Source of the DNA: Cetorhinus maximus
Lineage: Eukaryota
Length of the DNA: 64,000 nt
Direction of reading: 5' to 3'
Assembly (NCBI RefSeq): GCF_964194155.1
Contig: NW_027596233.1
Span: 248,001 to 312,000 of the forward strand
A program made the position numbers and the translations under genes. Positions 11,771-25,309 of the stretch are shown here, one piece after another (within the stretch, counting starts at the first letter, position 1; each line of letters starts with the position of its first letter). Under the pieces are notes generated by a model. That model was not told the DNA's origin, ran no database searches, and worked only from the letters and a program-made list of their open reading frames with translations.

Positions 11771-14700
11771 GTGCGAACATTAATTGAGAATTTGCAACTC
11801 GTCACCACGGGAAGCAGGTGATTTGAAGAGTGTAGATTTATTCAAGCGGAAGCTAGATACACACCTGATGGTGGAAAATAACAACAGCTCCGTCCATATC
11901 ACCCTCAGGTGAGAGTAACAATGACAGACGCGGCCTATTTAGTCCTGCTCTTCTCCCTACATTCCAGCACCCAGAAATATAGACTAATGAAATCTTCCTT
12001 GCTGGGATTCAGATAACACGACCGGATGTACCAGCTATGGGGAGAGTTGCCAAACCGCTTCCGCTGGCTTGACGAGGTCCTGATCCGCCTCCGTGTTTTC
12101 TGGCATAATACTGTTTCAAAGATAAATGACCAACAATAAGAGTGAAATATGAGAAATCGCCTGAGGCTCCAACCGAGTCTAACCTTTATCGGGGATGCGT
12201 AGGAAGGTGCAGAAAGCGGCGCCCCTGTCATCTGCACCACTGCTGCCAGGGTCATGTTAAAAAAAAAATCGTTGCAAAGTTCTCTGTTTCTTGCCCATGT
12301 CATATTTCTCATTCGGATTGTGTCCTGCCGGATCATTCGAACGGTGGGAGAGGAAGTCAGTAATTGAGAGGTTCACATTGCTGTTTTTAGGCATCATCAT
12401 GGGCATAATTACAGATTAACATTTTCAATCAATGTCCAAGACACGTCCATAATCACCCCTGTTTATGTACTGAAACATTGAATGAAACTGCGGTGTAGCG
12501 CCTGCTTTGCTGAACTAGATATGAAGCGGTGTAGACTATTGATCAGGGCACATGTATTTGAATAAGACACTGAAATTAAAGGAGTTGCACATTGTTTGGT
12601 AATAGAACACAAAGAGAATAGGCCACACATCGACCAATGCCATAAAGACACACGCAAAAGATAGACATCAAAATCTGTTATTTCAGTGAACGCATCCTTA
12701 CAGACTGGGCTGGGCTGATGATGATTGCGAAAGGGAGAGTTTCATTTGGTAACAATCAGGACAAACGTTGTGTTCAGGTTATCTTTCTCTGTGAGAGAGA
12801 GGGGTAAAAATGAGAGAAAGTGTATGAGGGAGGGAGAGCGCGAGAGAGAGAGAGGTTGGTTCTGGGTTGGGGGGTGCAGGGTGCTGCTGGGGGAAGGAGG
12901 TTTGATTTGTGTTCAAAGACCATTAAGGCCAAAGCTGAAACAGAAGCCATTCACGCTATCTACCGCCCACATACTTAAGGAGGTTGTATAACCCATGTGG
13001 ATGTGTAAAACAACACCCAGTTGAATGGCCTTGTTCATCAGAGCACTTGATCAACTTGAGCTAACTTGGTCTCAGTGGAGTCTATTCACAACACATTCTT
13101 GCTGCCAGTGATTCCTACCTCAAAGGGGCGCATGAGCTCCGGAACCTTACACGGGCTTAGGCCAAATATGAGCTAATGAATGAAGACCACCATGGGTTTG
13201 TTAAGGGAGTACTACAATGATTCAGGATAAAGTGCTACCATTTTTCTCAAAGTGACTATGGATGAGGAAGCAATGTGGACCTTGCAATGCCCAGATCCTG
13301 AGAAAAAATAGAAATGATAAAGGAATAGCAATGAAGTTCTTGTAATTTAATGGTTGAAACCTGTTGAGGTCAGTGATCTGAAGATGGCCTCATGATGCTT
13401 TCAACAGCTTGTTCCGCTGACCGGACTTTAGTGTCAGCTTGTCCGCCCTAATTCGTATCTAATACACGTAAGACAAGCTTCTGTCTCAAATGATGCTGGA
13501 AGTTAATTTTTCCATCAGGTATGTATTAATTAGCTTTGTTTATTCGCAATAACATTGAATCAGTTCGCTTAAGGCAAGTGCATTGGCCCAATGCGCATTT
13601 GCCTGTTCATGAAATGTCGTATCCATTTTTTCACATCTGTCCTGATATTTTACAGTATAACTGCAAAACCCCTCAACAAGTATTGACCCAAATCAAATTT
13701 GATTGGTATTATTGCATCTGCTTCTACCTGATATATTTCTGCTTTGCAAATTAGAACAATTTACGGTGTAAACTTTCTCCTCATCTTCCCTCTGGTTCAT
13801 TTTCAATAGCCTTAAAACGGTTTCTTCTGGTTACTGACGAATATCCCAGTGGAACGAGTTTCTGTTTATTTACTATATCAAAATAAATAATGATTTTTAC
13901 GTGTCTCTATTTAACCTCCCCTATGTCTGATCTGCTAGCAGAAGAGAACCACAGCGTTTCCAGTCTCCCGTTGCGGATAAAACCACACATCTCAAATCAA
14001 TTTCGTGTAAATCTTCCCTGCGCCTTCCCCAAGGCCCCGGCATCCGCCCTAAAATGTGTTCCCCAGAACTTGAAACAAAGCTTCTGCTAAGGAATACCCA
14101 GAAAGTTCGAATGTTTTATGTTATATTCATTGCTTTTCCATTATATGCATCTATCAAGAGAAATATAATGTTTTTTTTTTGTTTTTTCAATTCAGTTATA
14201 GGCTTAGCTTTTCACCATCAGAGACGTACTTCTCCTGAACTACGTTTTACTACTCGTCCTAATTTTCTGCTTCACATTTCTTTGTGTGAAATGTATTCTT
14301 CATTCTTATTCTTTATTCTTTTCCCTTCGTCAATCGGTTTGTGCCCTGCCAAAATCTGCAACTATCCTGTTCACTGTTAATTGCATTTCCCAAGTGCGGA
14401 CTATCTACAAACGTCAAAAATATGCCATGTATATGGACGCCAATGCTGTTTATGTCAAAGCAGCACTAGCCCCAATATCAATCCCTGGGAATATCAACTA
14501 GCCTACAATCTGAACAACTTTCCTGTTATTTTTTTACATTCTGTTTCTTAAGAAGTGGCATGAAAATATTGTCTCTGTTCTTTTAATCCATCGTTTTAAA
14601 CAAGTACATGAAATAAACCTTGGCTGCACTGAAAGTCCAAAGACCTAAATTCATCCGCTTCATCCTCACCAGATCTCTCCATTACTTCCTAAAATGATTT

Positions 14701-15080
14701 CAGCACGTTTATCAGACTGGTTTCCATGAGCATGCATATGCTTTTTGCTCTATAAAAATCCTGAATTTCAAAGCAACAAATGTTTTTACCCAGGATAATG
14801 TCTTATAGACATTTCTCCATCATCGACATCAGGCTGCCTGCTCTGTAGTTCTAGGAATTATCCACCTCTCAGTTATTATCAAGGTAGAACATTTTAAATC
14901 CTCCTGTCACTCGCCACCACTCACATTAATAAGGATGATTGCAAGATTATTTTCAACCCCTCCGCCATTTAGCCCATTCATTCCCTCAGCGACCCTCATG
15001 GATCTCTTTCAGACCTAGTAACTGACCTACATCCTGGTTATTTAAAAAATGTTGCATTGAAGATGTTAACTGGAAATTGC

Positions 15081-15200
15081 TTGTCCAGTAATTGGAATGA
15101 TTGTCATTTTCCATGGGCAGTAATAATAGCACAGGAGGTTCTGATTCTTCACTTTATAAGGGGTTCCATTTAATGTGCTGTCTCAGTGTCAGCGGGAGCA
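15081..15200 (+). promoter_or_regulatory. Putative promoter module of GPCR copy 1
   Basis: Colinear similarity with the upstream region of the minus-strand paralogue (46782-46900): ttgt.cagt..., cac.ggagg, TATA-like TTTATAAGGGG, aatgtg, agcgggag. Confidence 0.55.
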
Positions 15201-15277
15201 TCATGGGGATCCGCGGCTCTACAGAGAGTGAAAGGAGTGAGTGGAATGTGTGAACAGTAGACTGGGATGATAAACCA

Positions 15278-15494
15278 ATGGATCAAAATCAGACTAAAAT
15301 AAATTGGAATGTTACAACAATCTGTCCGAACCTGCAAACAAATGATTCGAAAATTGAAACAATTGAAAGGATTTTCTCTTTGGCGTTTTATCTTCTTTCT
15401 CAAGATTCGATAACTCTAGCTGAGCGGCTCTATTTCATATTTTGAGTTGCTAGAAGATGTTACTATTCGTTCCTCGCGATTTTTGGTGTCCCTG
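15278..15494 (+). pseudogene. GPR139-like GPCR copy 1 (pseudogene), exon 1
   Basis: MDQNQTKINWNVTT...AFYLLSQDSITLAERLYFIF*VARRCYYSFLAIFGVP then phase-1 donor G|GTAAGC. 217 nt, identical in length to exon 1 of the intact minus-strand paralogue. In-frame TGA at 15443-15445. Confidence 0.88.
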
Positions 15495-15559
15495 GTAAGC
15501 ATCCCTATCCATATATTAATTTTCTAATCCACGTTTAACACTATTAGTAGTCTCGCTAT

Positions 15560-16050
15560 TTAAATGTTGGGAAAAATGCAGCCTTTGCCTCCAGACCCGA
15601 CACAAACTCTGCCCCCTCGCCATTATCTCCCTCTCTCTCCACGGCCAATATCTTAGTGAGAACCAGACTGTTCACAAACTCCACAATCCCTTCAGCACTG
15701 AATTGATTTCCGACACCATGTACGTGACAGCATTAGCCCATCACACTGTCAACTTTATCGTATCACACATCTCCAACTCTGGCTCAAGTAAGCTGCTGAA
15801 TAAACACTCACCTGTGTCTTTGTTAAAGCCGAATCAAACGCTAACTTAGCTGCTCACTTCCTTTACAAGTTTTAATCAGCCACAGCTCATCCAAAACTCT
15901 GATGCCAGTATCCGACCTCACACCAAATCCCGTTCCTCCATCACTCCTGTACTCATTGGCCTAGTTTGGTTCTCTGTTTGGCAGCATCTCAATCCATCTT
16001 GCGATTCGTATGATTGTATCCCTACGTGGCCTCACTGTTCCAATTCATCC
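15560..16050 (+). mobile_element. L2 LINE C-terminal relic in the intron of copy 1
   Basis: QLIQNSDASI..HTKSRSSITPVLIGLVWFSV resembles the L2 motif QNxAARx..R..HITPxL..LHWLP. Confidence 0.6.
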
Positions 16051-17934
16051 CACTGCTCTGCCAATTTCTGATAATCCTGCTAATAATTCTAATTAATTAT
16101 GTCAAATTCCCTACAGAAAGTAAACATGTTTCTCTCGGTAAAACCCTCTGGCCGTAATTTGGAGCTATGCTGAGTCACTGTTGGAGGCGTTGACAGGTTC
16201 AGCCGCTTTACAATGGTCCTGATCGTGTCCTTCCTCCCTTCCCGGCATCTGCCGTATGTTGCTTCCTGTCCCTAACTGTTTACAATAACGCCATGGCTTC
16301 GGTACTCCGTGCCTCTCTTTCTCTGTCGTTCTTTCTCTCTAATATAACACCAATGCCCAACTCCGCCAAAGGCCCCTGCCCCGCCCATGCACCCAGCCCG
16401 TCTAAAAAATCCACCATTTTATCTGGCATTGCCTCTCCACACCGATCATTCCAAAGTGGGAAGGATGAAGTTATTTTTTGTAGTTCCCGCATCAATCCGG
16501 CTTCACCAGCTCTGAGCTCTGTCCTTGTCACTGAGAACAGACTCAGTCTGAGCCAGACTCTTCAGTGGCTAGTTATCATGCATTTGCACCATCACTGAAA
16601 CCACATAACTGAACCTTCTTAATATTGCCCGTCTTCGCCGCTACCTCAGCAGCCACTCCCGGAGCCCCCATGCATTCACTTAACAACTCTAAATGCAATT
16701 ACTCTCCTACATTCATCCCTCCGATAGCTTGAGTCAGTTCCACCAAGAGCTGCTGGACAGGAAATTTAGCTGCATGCCCGAGAACATAAACAATTTATCT
16801 CTGCTGCTTCATTTTGGTCTTTTAATAGCAGGAGGAGATGCTTCACTGGAACACGGCCCTTTTCACCAACGAGAGAATGAGCACCCTCCCTGCATCCATG
16901 GACCACCGACTCCATCCCCCATGCTTACTCAGTTCCTCCTTCGTCAATGCACACTGTCTCATCAATCCTGTGTCCATCCAGCACAGCCAGCTGCAACTGC
17001 CTGACTCCAGCCTTCCTACTTTTTCAAACCCTGCTCAACTCGTCACCCCACGCACGAAACGACCACAATGACAACACTCCTGCCCCAAACAAGACCACTA
17101 TCCATCACCCCAATCAGCACAAGCTCCCGCTCTACATCAGTTACAATTACCATCAACGCCTTGTCCGAGTGTGACCTTCGTTTATCCACATGCACTACTG
17201 GCCCAACCGTCGGACTTGGCTTCGCTGCACACCCCACCGCTCAACTGTCGCACCCATCCCTACCAGCACTCCCACATCGAACACTCCAGGCCCCCTTCTA
17301 CTCCATCAGCCCTGTCATCGCCACTGTTGCCTCGCAGGCTCGTTCTTCACCCTTGGACAACCCACCCATATGCTCCCGACGTCAGAAGCACTCTCCCACC
17401 ATTCCCCAGACCCTGCGTCAACGCCTCATACCCACTCCTCATTATTCCCAGTGGTTCCCCATCACTTGCTGCTACCATAGCGACTTAGTTCACACTCTAT
17501 CCTTCACCAAAGCTTCCATGGCATCTCGATCTCTCCCCTACACCCCACTCAACTTCCCTTTCAAAGGATCCAGGCCCAACGCCTCTCTTCCCTCCTTCAT
17601 CCCACGATCCCCTCATAAATCCTTTAACCCGGGGCTCCGTGTAATCACTTCAACTCTTCTAATTCCCTCCTTTCCCATTACATCCATTATGCACATATCC
17701 GGTGATACCCTGCTCCCCAGGAGAACTGCATCCCCACGCTCATCACCCCCAGCTTTTGCCATTTGATGGACTCTGCTTTACACCATAACACAGTCGTCCA
17801 ATTGTTTCTTTCATGTGCAATTATCTCATTTTATCACTGGATAGAGTAACATTTTTAAAACCCGGATATATATTTAATCAAAATAACATTTTCACTGAAG
17901 CCCGATGTATAATTTTTATTTAACTTTCTTGCAG

Positions 17935-18832
17935 TAAACTTGTTAACGATTGTGATCCTCAGTCGCGAAAAATGTCGTCTCTGTAATTGTTTCAGACGTT
18001 ACATTTTGACCATGGCAGCATGGTCATGACCATGTTGTTATCCTCGACCCGATACTGAGGCATATTCCGGTTGTTTATTATGAACATTTTTTTATTTCCT
18101 TTATTCCATTTCTGTGCGTATTATCCATTTTGTCCTGCTTTATGCAACCACGGGCTGTTCTGTCTGGTTCACTATTTCTTTCACCTTTGATTGATTTATG
18201 GCCATTTATTGCCAGAACCTGAAATGTAAATATTTCACAGAGAAAACTGCAACTGTGTCTCTGGGATAAGTTGCTGTGCTGAGCTTTTTAAACGACATTT
18301 TCTGGTATTTTATGTTATCAGGTCTCTATTCACTGTCGAACGGACCCTGGCATTGGGCCGTAACAGTCGATGTTCCACTTTCTCCAGCCTGGGGAACAAT
18401 CGAGTTGCTCCATCACATTCTGACTCCGCTGATCACATTTTGCCTGATTGTGCTGCACAATATTTTCACCGTCAGACACATTTCACTGAAAACAAAGCCC
18501 ACACCAGATCGCGGACTCATAGCAGTGGCGAGACTGAACGGACCCAGACATGGAGAGTCGAAGGAAATCTATCATTTTGCTATTTATCATTTCGGCCAAT
18601 TTCATTCGTTGTTGTCAATATTAATAGTTTATTGCATTTTGTTCCGGATGTGGCATTTGGGGTATATGAATGAATGGATGGGATATTCTGTGCGGGTATT
18701 GGGTTTCATGCTGCAGCTCTTGACTTGCTGCACAAACACGTGTAATTATGCCTTGTCCCAGAAAAGTTCAGAGAGCAGTTGAAGATAGGGCTGAAATACC
18801 CCTTTACCCCAATCCTTAAGTTCATTCAATGA
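17935..18832 (+). pseudogene. GPR139-like GPCR copy 1 (pseudogene), exon 2
   Basis: Acceptor ctttcttgcag|TA AAC TTG TTA ACG ATT. Reads NLLTIVILSREKC.., LRHIP.., CSVWFTISFTFD*F (TGA at 18192-18194 replacing the DRF Arg), WYFMLSG.., WGTIELLHHILTP, LGFMLQLLTCCTNTCNYAL, KYPFTPILKFIQ*. Several frameshifts. Confidence 0.92.
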
Positions 18833-20109
18833 TCCGAAGAAGTAAGTTGCTGGAAGTTTCAAGCATTTTCTACAATCAATTACAGGCGCCAGATGCGGCT
18901 TTCACTTAAAAACAAGGTGGAAACTTTCCCTAAAGTATCAATGCTTACAGCCGGGCTCGTTATTTGAACACAGGGCTGGAGGTGGACTGTCGCTTTGGTA
19001 ACAGAGCTGTGCTCTGCTCTGCAAACATATGGTGTATGCTGTGGTTTCAGTGAGGAGCTGGGGATGTCACTGTGCCATCAGATTGGCGTGGTGCCAATAT
19101 GGCAAGAGAAGAGTTTGCAGTGCATGATGACGATAATAGAGCTAGTGGACACCTTAATTTGGTAATACAGCAGGAGATGTCATTATGGCAGCAGGTAAAT
19201 GGGGGGCACATGGCACTTTAGTAATCTATTATATAAAAAAATCGGCATTCAGAAATTCAAATCCCTTGCAGCGATTGGACAACAAGCTTCCCTCCCTGTT
19301 ATCACTCCTCTCTCATTAGCTGATCAATCTGTCTATCATTCCGCTCTCTAACAACGATTGTAAAGTGAGCCGTCGGGCCACCCCCGGTATCGCGCCCAAC
19401 TATTGGCCGGCCTGGCTGCCAGTCAACTATTAAGCTCTCTCCTAGTGGAGAGCAATGTGCCCAACCTCTTGCAGCATTCGTCACCCATTGGCCGTTCCAC
19501 CCGCCCATTTTTGCTCCCTCAAACCCCACGGACTTTGAGATGTCAGGCTGAAGAATTACTGCCTTTGAACTGGTATTTCCACCTCTCTGCGTTCAATCAG
19601 AACGGTGTTAATTTGTCTCCCCCAACCCCACCATCACCCTCGCCAGCATCACCCACCTCCATTTTGCTGGGTAAGTGTCACGATAAGTTTGCTCCCTTGC
19701 TCTCATTGCAGAAAAAGCTTCGCTTTCCCGTGAACCAGCCTTAGTCTAAACTGTCTTCATCATATTGTCCCCTGGCATCGACATTGAGTATCGCTCCCTA
19801 CCTTTGGCCAATATGATCTGGACAATATCCCACACCATGATACTGACTGCCATTGATCCGCCCGTCCTCACATTTGCCCCTGGTCCTCCTGCCAATCAAG
19901 CTGTCCCCTTGCGTTATTTGGACAGAGATCTCAGCCTCCTACAATGGCATCACTCGTCTCCATTTGCCAATCCCTCCTGCCTAGAACAGGTTAGGGAAGG
20001 AAGTCCCCGACACTGACATTTCTCTCTTCTCATTGGCTGGGCCGCATGTTATTCGTCCCACTCCCTCGCACTGACTGAACAGTGAGCTGTCCTTCTGCCC
20101 TCAACTCAA

Positions 20110-20640
20110 GCAGCATCCCATAGTCCAGCTCAATACAACCCGCTTGATTAGCATTGCAACAACAATTATTCTCTCACTCCCCGACCCACGCACATTAGTC
20201 GATGTGTGTACCACCAACAAGGTGCACAGCAGGAATTCACCAGGTCTCCTTAGACAACACCGTCAAAACACATGACCACTACCATCTGCAAGGAGAAGGG
20301 CAGCAGATAAGATGGGGACACCAGCAGGTGGAAATTCCCCTCCAAGTCACTCACCAGCCTGATATGGAAATAAATACAGCATTAACGTGCCGAGTCCGTA
20401 TGACTCAACTTCAAACGGACTCAAAACGTTAACGCCGTCTTCCTCTCCACAGATGCTTTCAGACCTGCTCAGTTTTATCGAGCAGTTTGTGTTTTTGTTT
20501 CAGATTTCCAGCATCCGCAGCATTTTATTTTGGCTTACAAATATGCCACCTTTCCTTCAGTTTATCTGAATTAAATCTTGGAACCCCATTCTTATCATCA
20601 CTGTGGATGTACCAAACCCCATAGACTGCATGGACTAGCT
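20110..20640 (+). mobile_element. LINE ORF2 C-terminus and tail, interrupted by a Penelope-derived fragment at ~20380-20540
   Basis: ..VCTTNKVHSRNSPGLLRQHRQNT*PLPSARRRAAD-type LINE C-terminus. The insert (ggactcaaaacgttaac..ctctccacagatgct..cagacctgct) matches the reverse complement of the Penelope end at 640-740. Confidence 0.6.
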
Positions 20641-23600
20641 GTTTTATTCCACGTTTACATCCCATGTTTTTTTTTTGTGTATCTTCTGTTCCCTGTATGT
20701 GATTGGAAAGGGATTTTAAAGGAGTTTGAATTTAGGTTCCAGAGCTATGAATTGGTAGCTCATATTTCATTCTTTTGCCACTGGTCAACGACAGTTTGGT
20801 CGCTAAACAGTTTATTTTTATATTTACTAAGTTTACAAGCCTAGTGTTCGTACTCTGTTAACCTAAAATGAAGAGTTTATTAGAATTGAGGAATCCTGGT
20901 GGTTCGTTCAAACTAATCACATTTCTCGCGGCTCGGGAACAATGGTGTTGGGCATTACAGCACATTCTTCACTGTGAGTCGTGACTCTAATTCAAAATAA
21001 ATTAAACGTTAATATGAGAAAACGTGCACATAGAGAAGACCAGATATGTTCATTGTCTGCGAAAGTGCAGGTAAATAATTATTCACGTGCATGTTTTAGC
21101 CACGTCCACATTTTGACATGCTTCCATGCTTGACAAATGATGTGGCCTATCGCCTGTTCAAATACAGCTTTGGCAAAGGTGATTTCGTAAAGAATAGCGA
21201 TTAAATCTTTAATCGTGGCCAAAAAATGCAAGTATCAGAAAAGGTTTAAAACCTGGTGAGAGAATAAAACACACAAATCAATCAACAATTAACATGGAAC
21301 AATATTATCAAAGCGTGGATTTATACAGTAAAAAAAAATAATTACATTGAGAATCTCAATACAACATTCAGTGCAATGATTAATTTCGCAGGCCAAAATG
21401 CTTTGGGATCTATCGATGGACGAGATTGCCCGCAGAGATGCGGACTTGAACAGAATAGTTGCCGCAATCAGGAAAAGAGAATTAAATAAAGCTCGAAATA
21501 TTCATGTTGGGAACTATATCTGTCGTGACCAAAAGACATTGCACCTATTGATCCGCAGGTATTGATCTCAGTTCAAATGGTTTCAATCTGCTTTCACTTC
21601 TACTCTTTTATAAGTTTGGAGAGGATTTGGATGCAAAACCCCATATGAGACCGGCAATTACTTCATGAAGAATGGTCGCACGTTTCCCTTTAGTTTAACC
21701 ATCGTGACCTATTAAGGCTTTTCAACCCCTTTCCAAAATCTCCACGAACAAGTGCATATATACTCAAAGGTCACGGTCAAGCTGCACATTCTTTTGAATT
21801 GCAATTTTATTTTCTATTGTCTTCAAAAATGACAAGTTATCATGACCTGGCCAGCGACACTTACAGGGGATGATTTTTTTAATGTGTAATGTCATCTACT
21901 TTCCAATGAAAATAGACTGATCAGAGTATTTCCTAAATGATCAGAACTTAGAAACTGTAGATTCGCAGAGAGGTTGTCAGGTATTGTACAAAAATCTCTG
22001 GCCTCAACTGAGAATTGCACCACTGAGACTGATCAGGAAGCAATAATGTGAAGGATTACATCATCAAGAGAAATAGGCACTTTATGTAGGAAGGGATACT
22101 ACCTCCTATGTTTTCAATTCAGGGAAGGAGTGGGAAAAAATGGCGCCTTTCAGAATGCTCCATACAATGTAGATGATTAGGGAGATCAGTAATTTCCTGA
22201 AAAAAAGACTTGGTAAGGGAATCAGGGCTTTGGATCAATAACGGAAAGAGCGATGAATGTCGCCGAGGTGCATATGTTCATAGCTGAGTCTGCACCAGAT
22301 AAAGACATGGACGAACAGCATAATGGTAGCAGGGCTGAGCTGAGAGCCAACGCAACAAACCCACTGAAGGCAGCATTTTTCAAACTGCGGCCCATGGGCT
22401 TGGTAGATAACCAGGAGTCAAATATTGTGTTGATAATCACTAGCAGCAAATGAACATGATGTGGATTTCATTTAGTGACTTTAATACATGGTTTGCTTCG
22501 TTTGAGTTGACGGTGGCGCATTCCGCCTTGTCAATGGATGAAAAGACAAACATGTGACCCTTGCAAGCTTGACATTACATAGTCGTACAGATTACACCAC
22601 GATAGTGGGACGAATTGACGAGAAATAACATCGAGTGAAAAAGCTGATGTCATTAGAGTACAACGAAATCCAGCCACTCTCCCGCTGATGAGATCCCCGG
22701 TAGTAAATATTAGATGAGAAAGTGGAGACCCATCAAAGACCGTGATATTGCAAAGTCGGGGGAGAAGCCAGTGCTGGAGTTTCTCCGCTTCAGTTAGGGT
22801 GGGTAAGAGTGGAATCCAGTAATGGAAGCCCAACTAAGAGACGGGTGTCAGAGATAGAAAATGGCAATGGATTGTAGGAGAGGTTTAGAGAGTCTATGTG
22901 ACAAATACATTTCGCATTCGGAAAATGAGCCCAAGCAGGACAAGCAACTGGTCATTTCACGGATTCAGAAATGTGATGTAGGAGCAATGAAACTGGAAGC
23001 TCGGGCGAGAGAGGAATTTGGAATCGATGAAAAAGAAATCCATAATCATCTTGAGGCACCAGACAGGGAGGTGAACGTGGTCATTGAAAAGCGAACGATG
23101 TTGCTGATGAGGCGAATGATAAAGGTTTGAGCTTTTTCCATTCTCGAGAACCTCATGAATTATGTTAATATAGAGGTAGCCGGGACAGGAAATTGAGAGA
23201 CCTTTGGCGGGCGTATTTAGCCGCAAATAAATTCCGGCTCTCTACCAATCTCCCCAACCCTCAACTCTCTCCACTCCCACCCTGCTCTCTTTCTTCTATC
23301 TTTCTGTCTCGCTCTCTGTCTCTCTCTGTCTGTTTCTCTCGTTCTCTCTCTCTCGCTTTCTGACGCTGAACCAGTTCTGCCAATATCACTCAATTAACGA
23401 TCTAAGTTAAACTGCCGAAGCCAACATTACCATCAACAATTTAATTTTCAATCTATGTTTATTGTTAACTTGCAGCTCGACAATCATAGTTTGCATCCTT
23501 ATTATCGGGATTTGCAGGGATAACACCATGCCCTGTTTTTTGATGCGATTGTGCTTCAGAATAATCATTTCACAATGCAATTTACATCGGAGTCAAAGCT

Positions 23601-23759
23601 GCTGATGTAATGTGTTTGTTTACATAGTGTGACTAATAACATTAATCGGGAATACAACAGTCTCAGTGGAATAACATACCCTTGATATATCAATTACCAT
23701 CAGAATGGGTGAGCTCAGAGTGCGTGCCGGAGCTGTGGGTTCAAGTCTCCCTCACAGTA

Positions 23760-23829
23760 ATGGAATATCCAGTCATCTATCAAATAGAAGATATTTACTT
23801 TCTTGTTCATCCGCCAGTTGGAATATTTG
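23760..23829 (+). CDS. GPR139-like orphan GPCR copy 2, exon 1
   Basis: MEYPVIYQIEDIYFLVHPPVGIF then phase-1 donor G|GTGAGC. It splices in frame to the acceptor at 27553/27554 at the same TM1 position as the paralogues. Confidence 0.75.
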
Positions 23830-25309
23830 GTGAGCCATTGCATCCAGTTCTTAATGTTGTAACTCGCGATTTGACACAACTGCTCGAATCGACAATGTTT
23901 CTGTAAATATATGTTTAAAGCTGACTGAAAAGTTTTATACGTTGAGGTATGAAATTTCTTAAACATTTGCTTCCTCGACCTTTTGTGAATTTCATGTATC
24001 TGCATTCACCATTTTGGATGCAATCCTGACAATTCTAAAAGTTTATTTGTTGTACTGGGTAAATTGGTATCAGCTGTTCGGGTAAGAACACAAGGACATT
24101 GGAAACAGGAGGTGAAGTATGGCGTAGAGCACGAGGAGCCAGTTCAGCATACGATCAGTTCGTGACTCATTTGAAGTCGCCCTCAGCTCCATTTTCCATT
24201 GATTTCCTAATAATCCATTACTCTGCTACATTGTAAATCTCCGTTTAATCAAACATTGAGCATTTTCAATATCCAGATTTCTGTTTCCAAGACGATTCCA
24301 GAGATTTCCGACTCTCGGAGTGAAAATAGCCATAATCATCCTCAGTTTGAATGTGCGGAAGGTGATGATGAAACAGTGCCCTTATGGCCTTTATTATTTC
24401 ATGAGGTGAAAAGTCCTGACAGAATATATCCTGTCAATTCATCCTTAAAAGACCTCTGTATCGCATACGTTGTACTAATATCAGCACTTATTTGTATCAA
24501 CTCCTTTGATTGTGGACGCAACCAGCTCAAAATTTTCTCATATGATAACTTCATCTACGCAGGACTAAGCCTAATAATCCTTGCCTGAACTACCTCCCAT
24601 TCAATAATATCACCCGTTATCTCAGTAGATCAATAATGCGTGTGATATTGCAGATTGGCTCTCACCAGCGTCCTAACAACACGCAGAAGACGATCGATTG
24701 TTCCTGCCAGTATCACTTTGCGGGCCGAACCTGTCCTGGAATATCACTGCTCAATCTTCTCAGTTATTCATAACGAGGCAGCTAACTGCTACATGAGGCT
24801 GCGCAATGTCAGACCTCTAAAAATAAACAACATTAATACGTTTTGCCACAACTTCAATCATTCTTTTGCTTTTCACTAATCTAAAATATTATTCCATTCT
24901 GCCACGTTGTATGCCTTGCTGCCGAACTGAGTGTGTTCCTGTTTCTTTCACCTAATCTTCCTTGAATGAATGTGGATGAATTTACAGGCTATTACAGGAT
25001 CTCATTGTGAAATGGAAGGTATTGCTGTTATGTTGCATAAGTTTACAGTGACCTTGTGGGACTAAGAAAACTTTCATGTTAGTTGTAATCTAGGATGAGC
25101 AGTGTCAATGATTTGTTAAACTATCCCCTGCTAAATCTGAATTTTACAATTAAAACAAATGGAGTTCCAGTTATGTTTAGGGTTCTCTGGCAAAGGAATT
25201 ATGTTTTGCTTGTTCCTTGTTTCGCAGAAAGATTGAACAGTGCATGACGTGGGAATGACCGCTCACATTATTTCCCTCCTGGGTTATTTGCGGGTCAGCA
25301 CAAGATGAG

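Noticed and set aside
12142-12363. Cys/His-rich 73-aa ORF
   Set aside because: GTG start, no signal peptide or splice support, and Cys spacing matches no family I recognise.
17068-17766. 232-aa Pro/Ser/Thr-rich ORF in the intron of copy 1
   Set aside because: C-rich decayed sequence, probably an old retroelement. No motif could be supported and low stop frequency explains the length.
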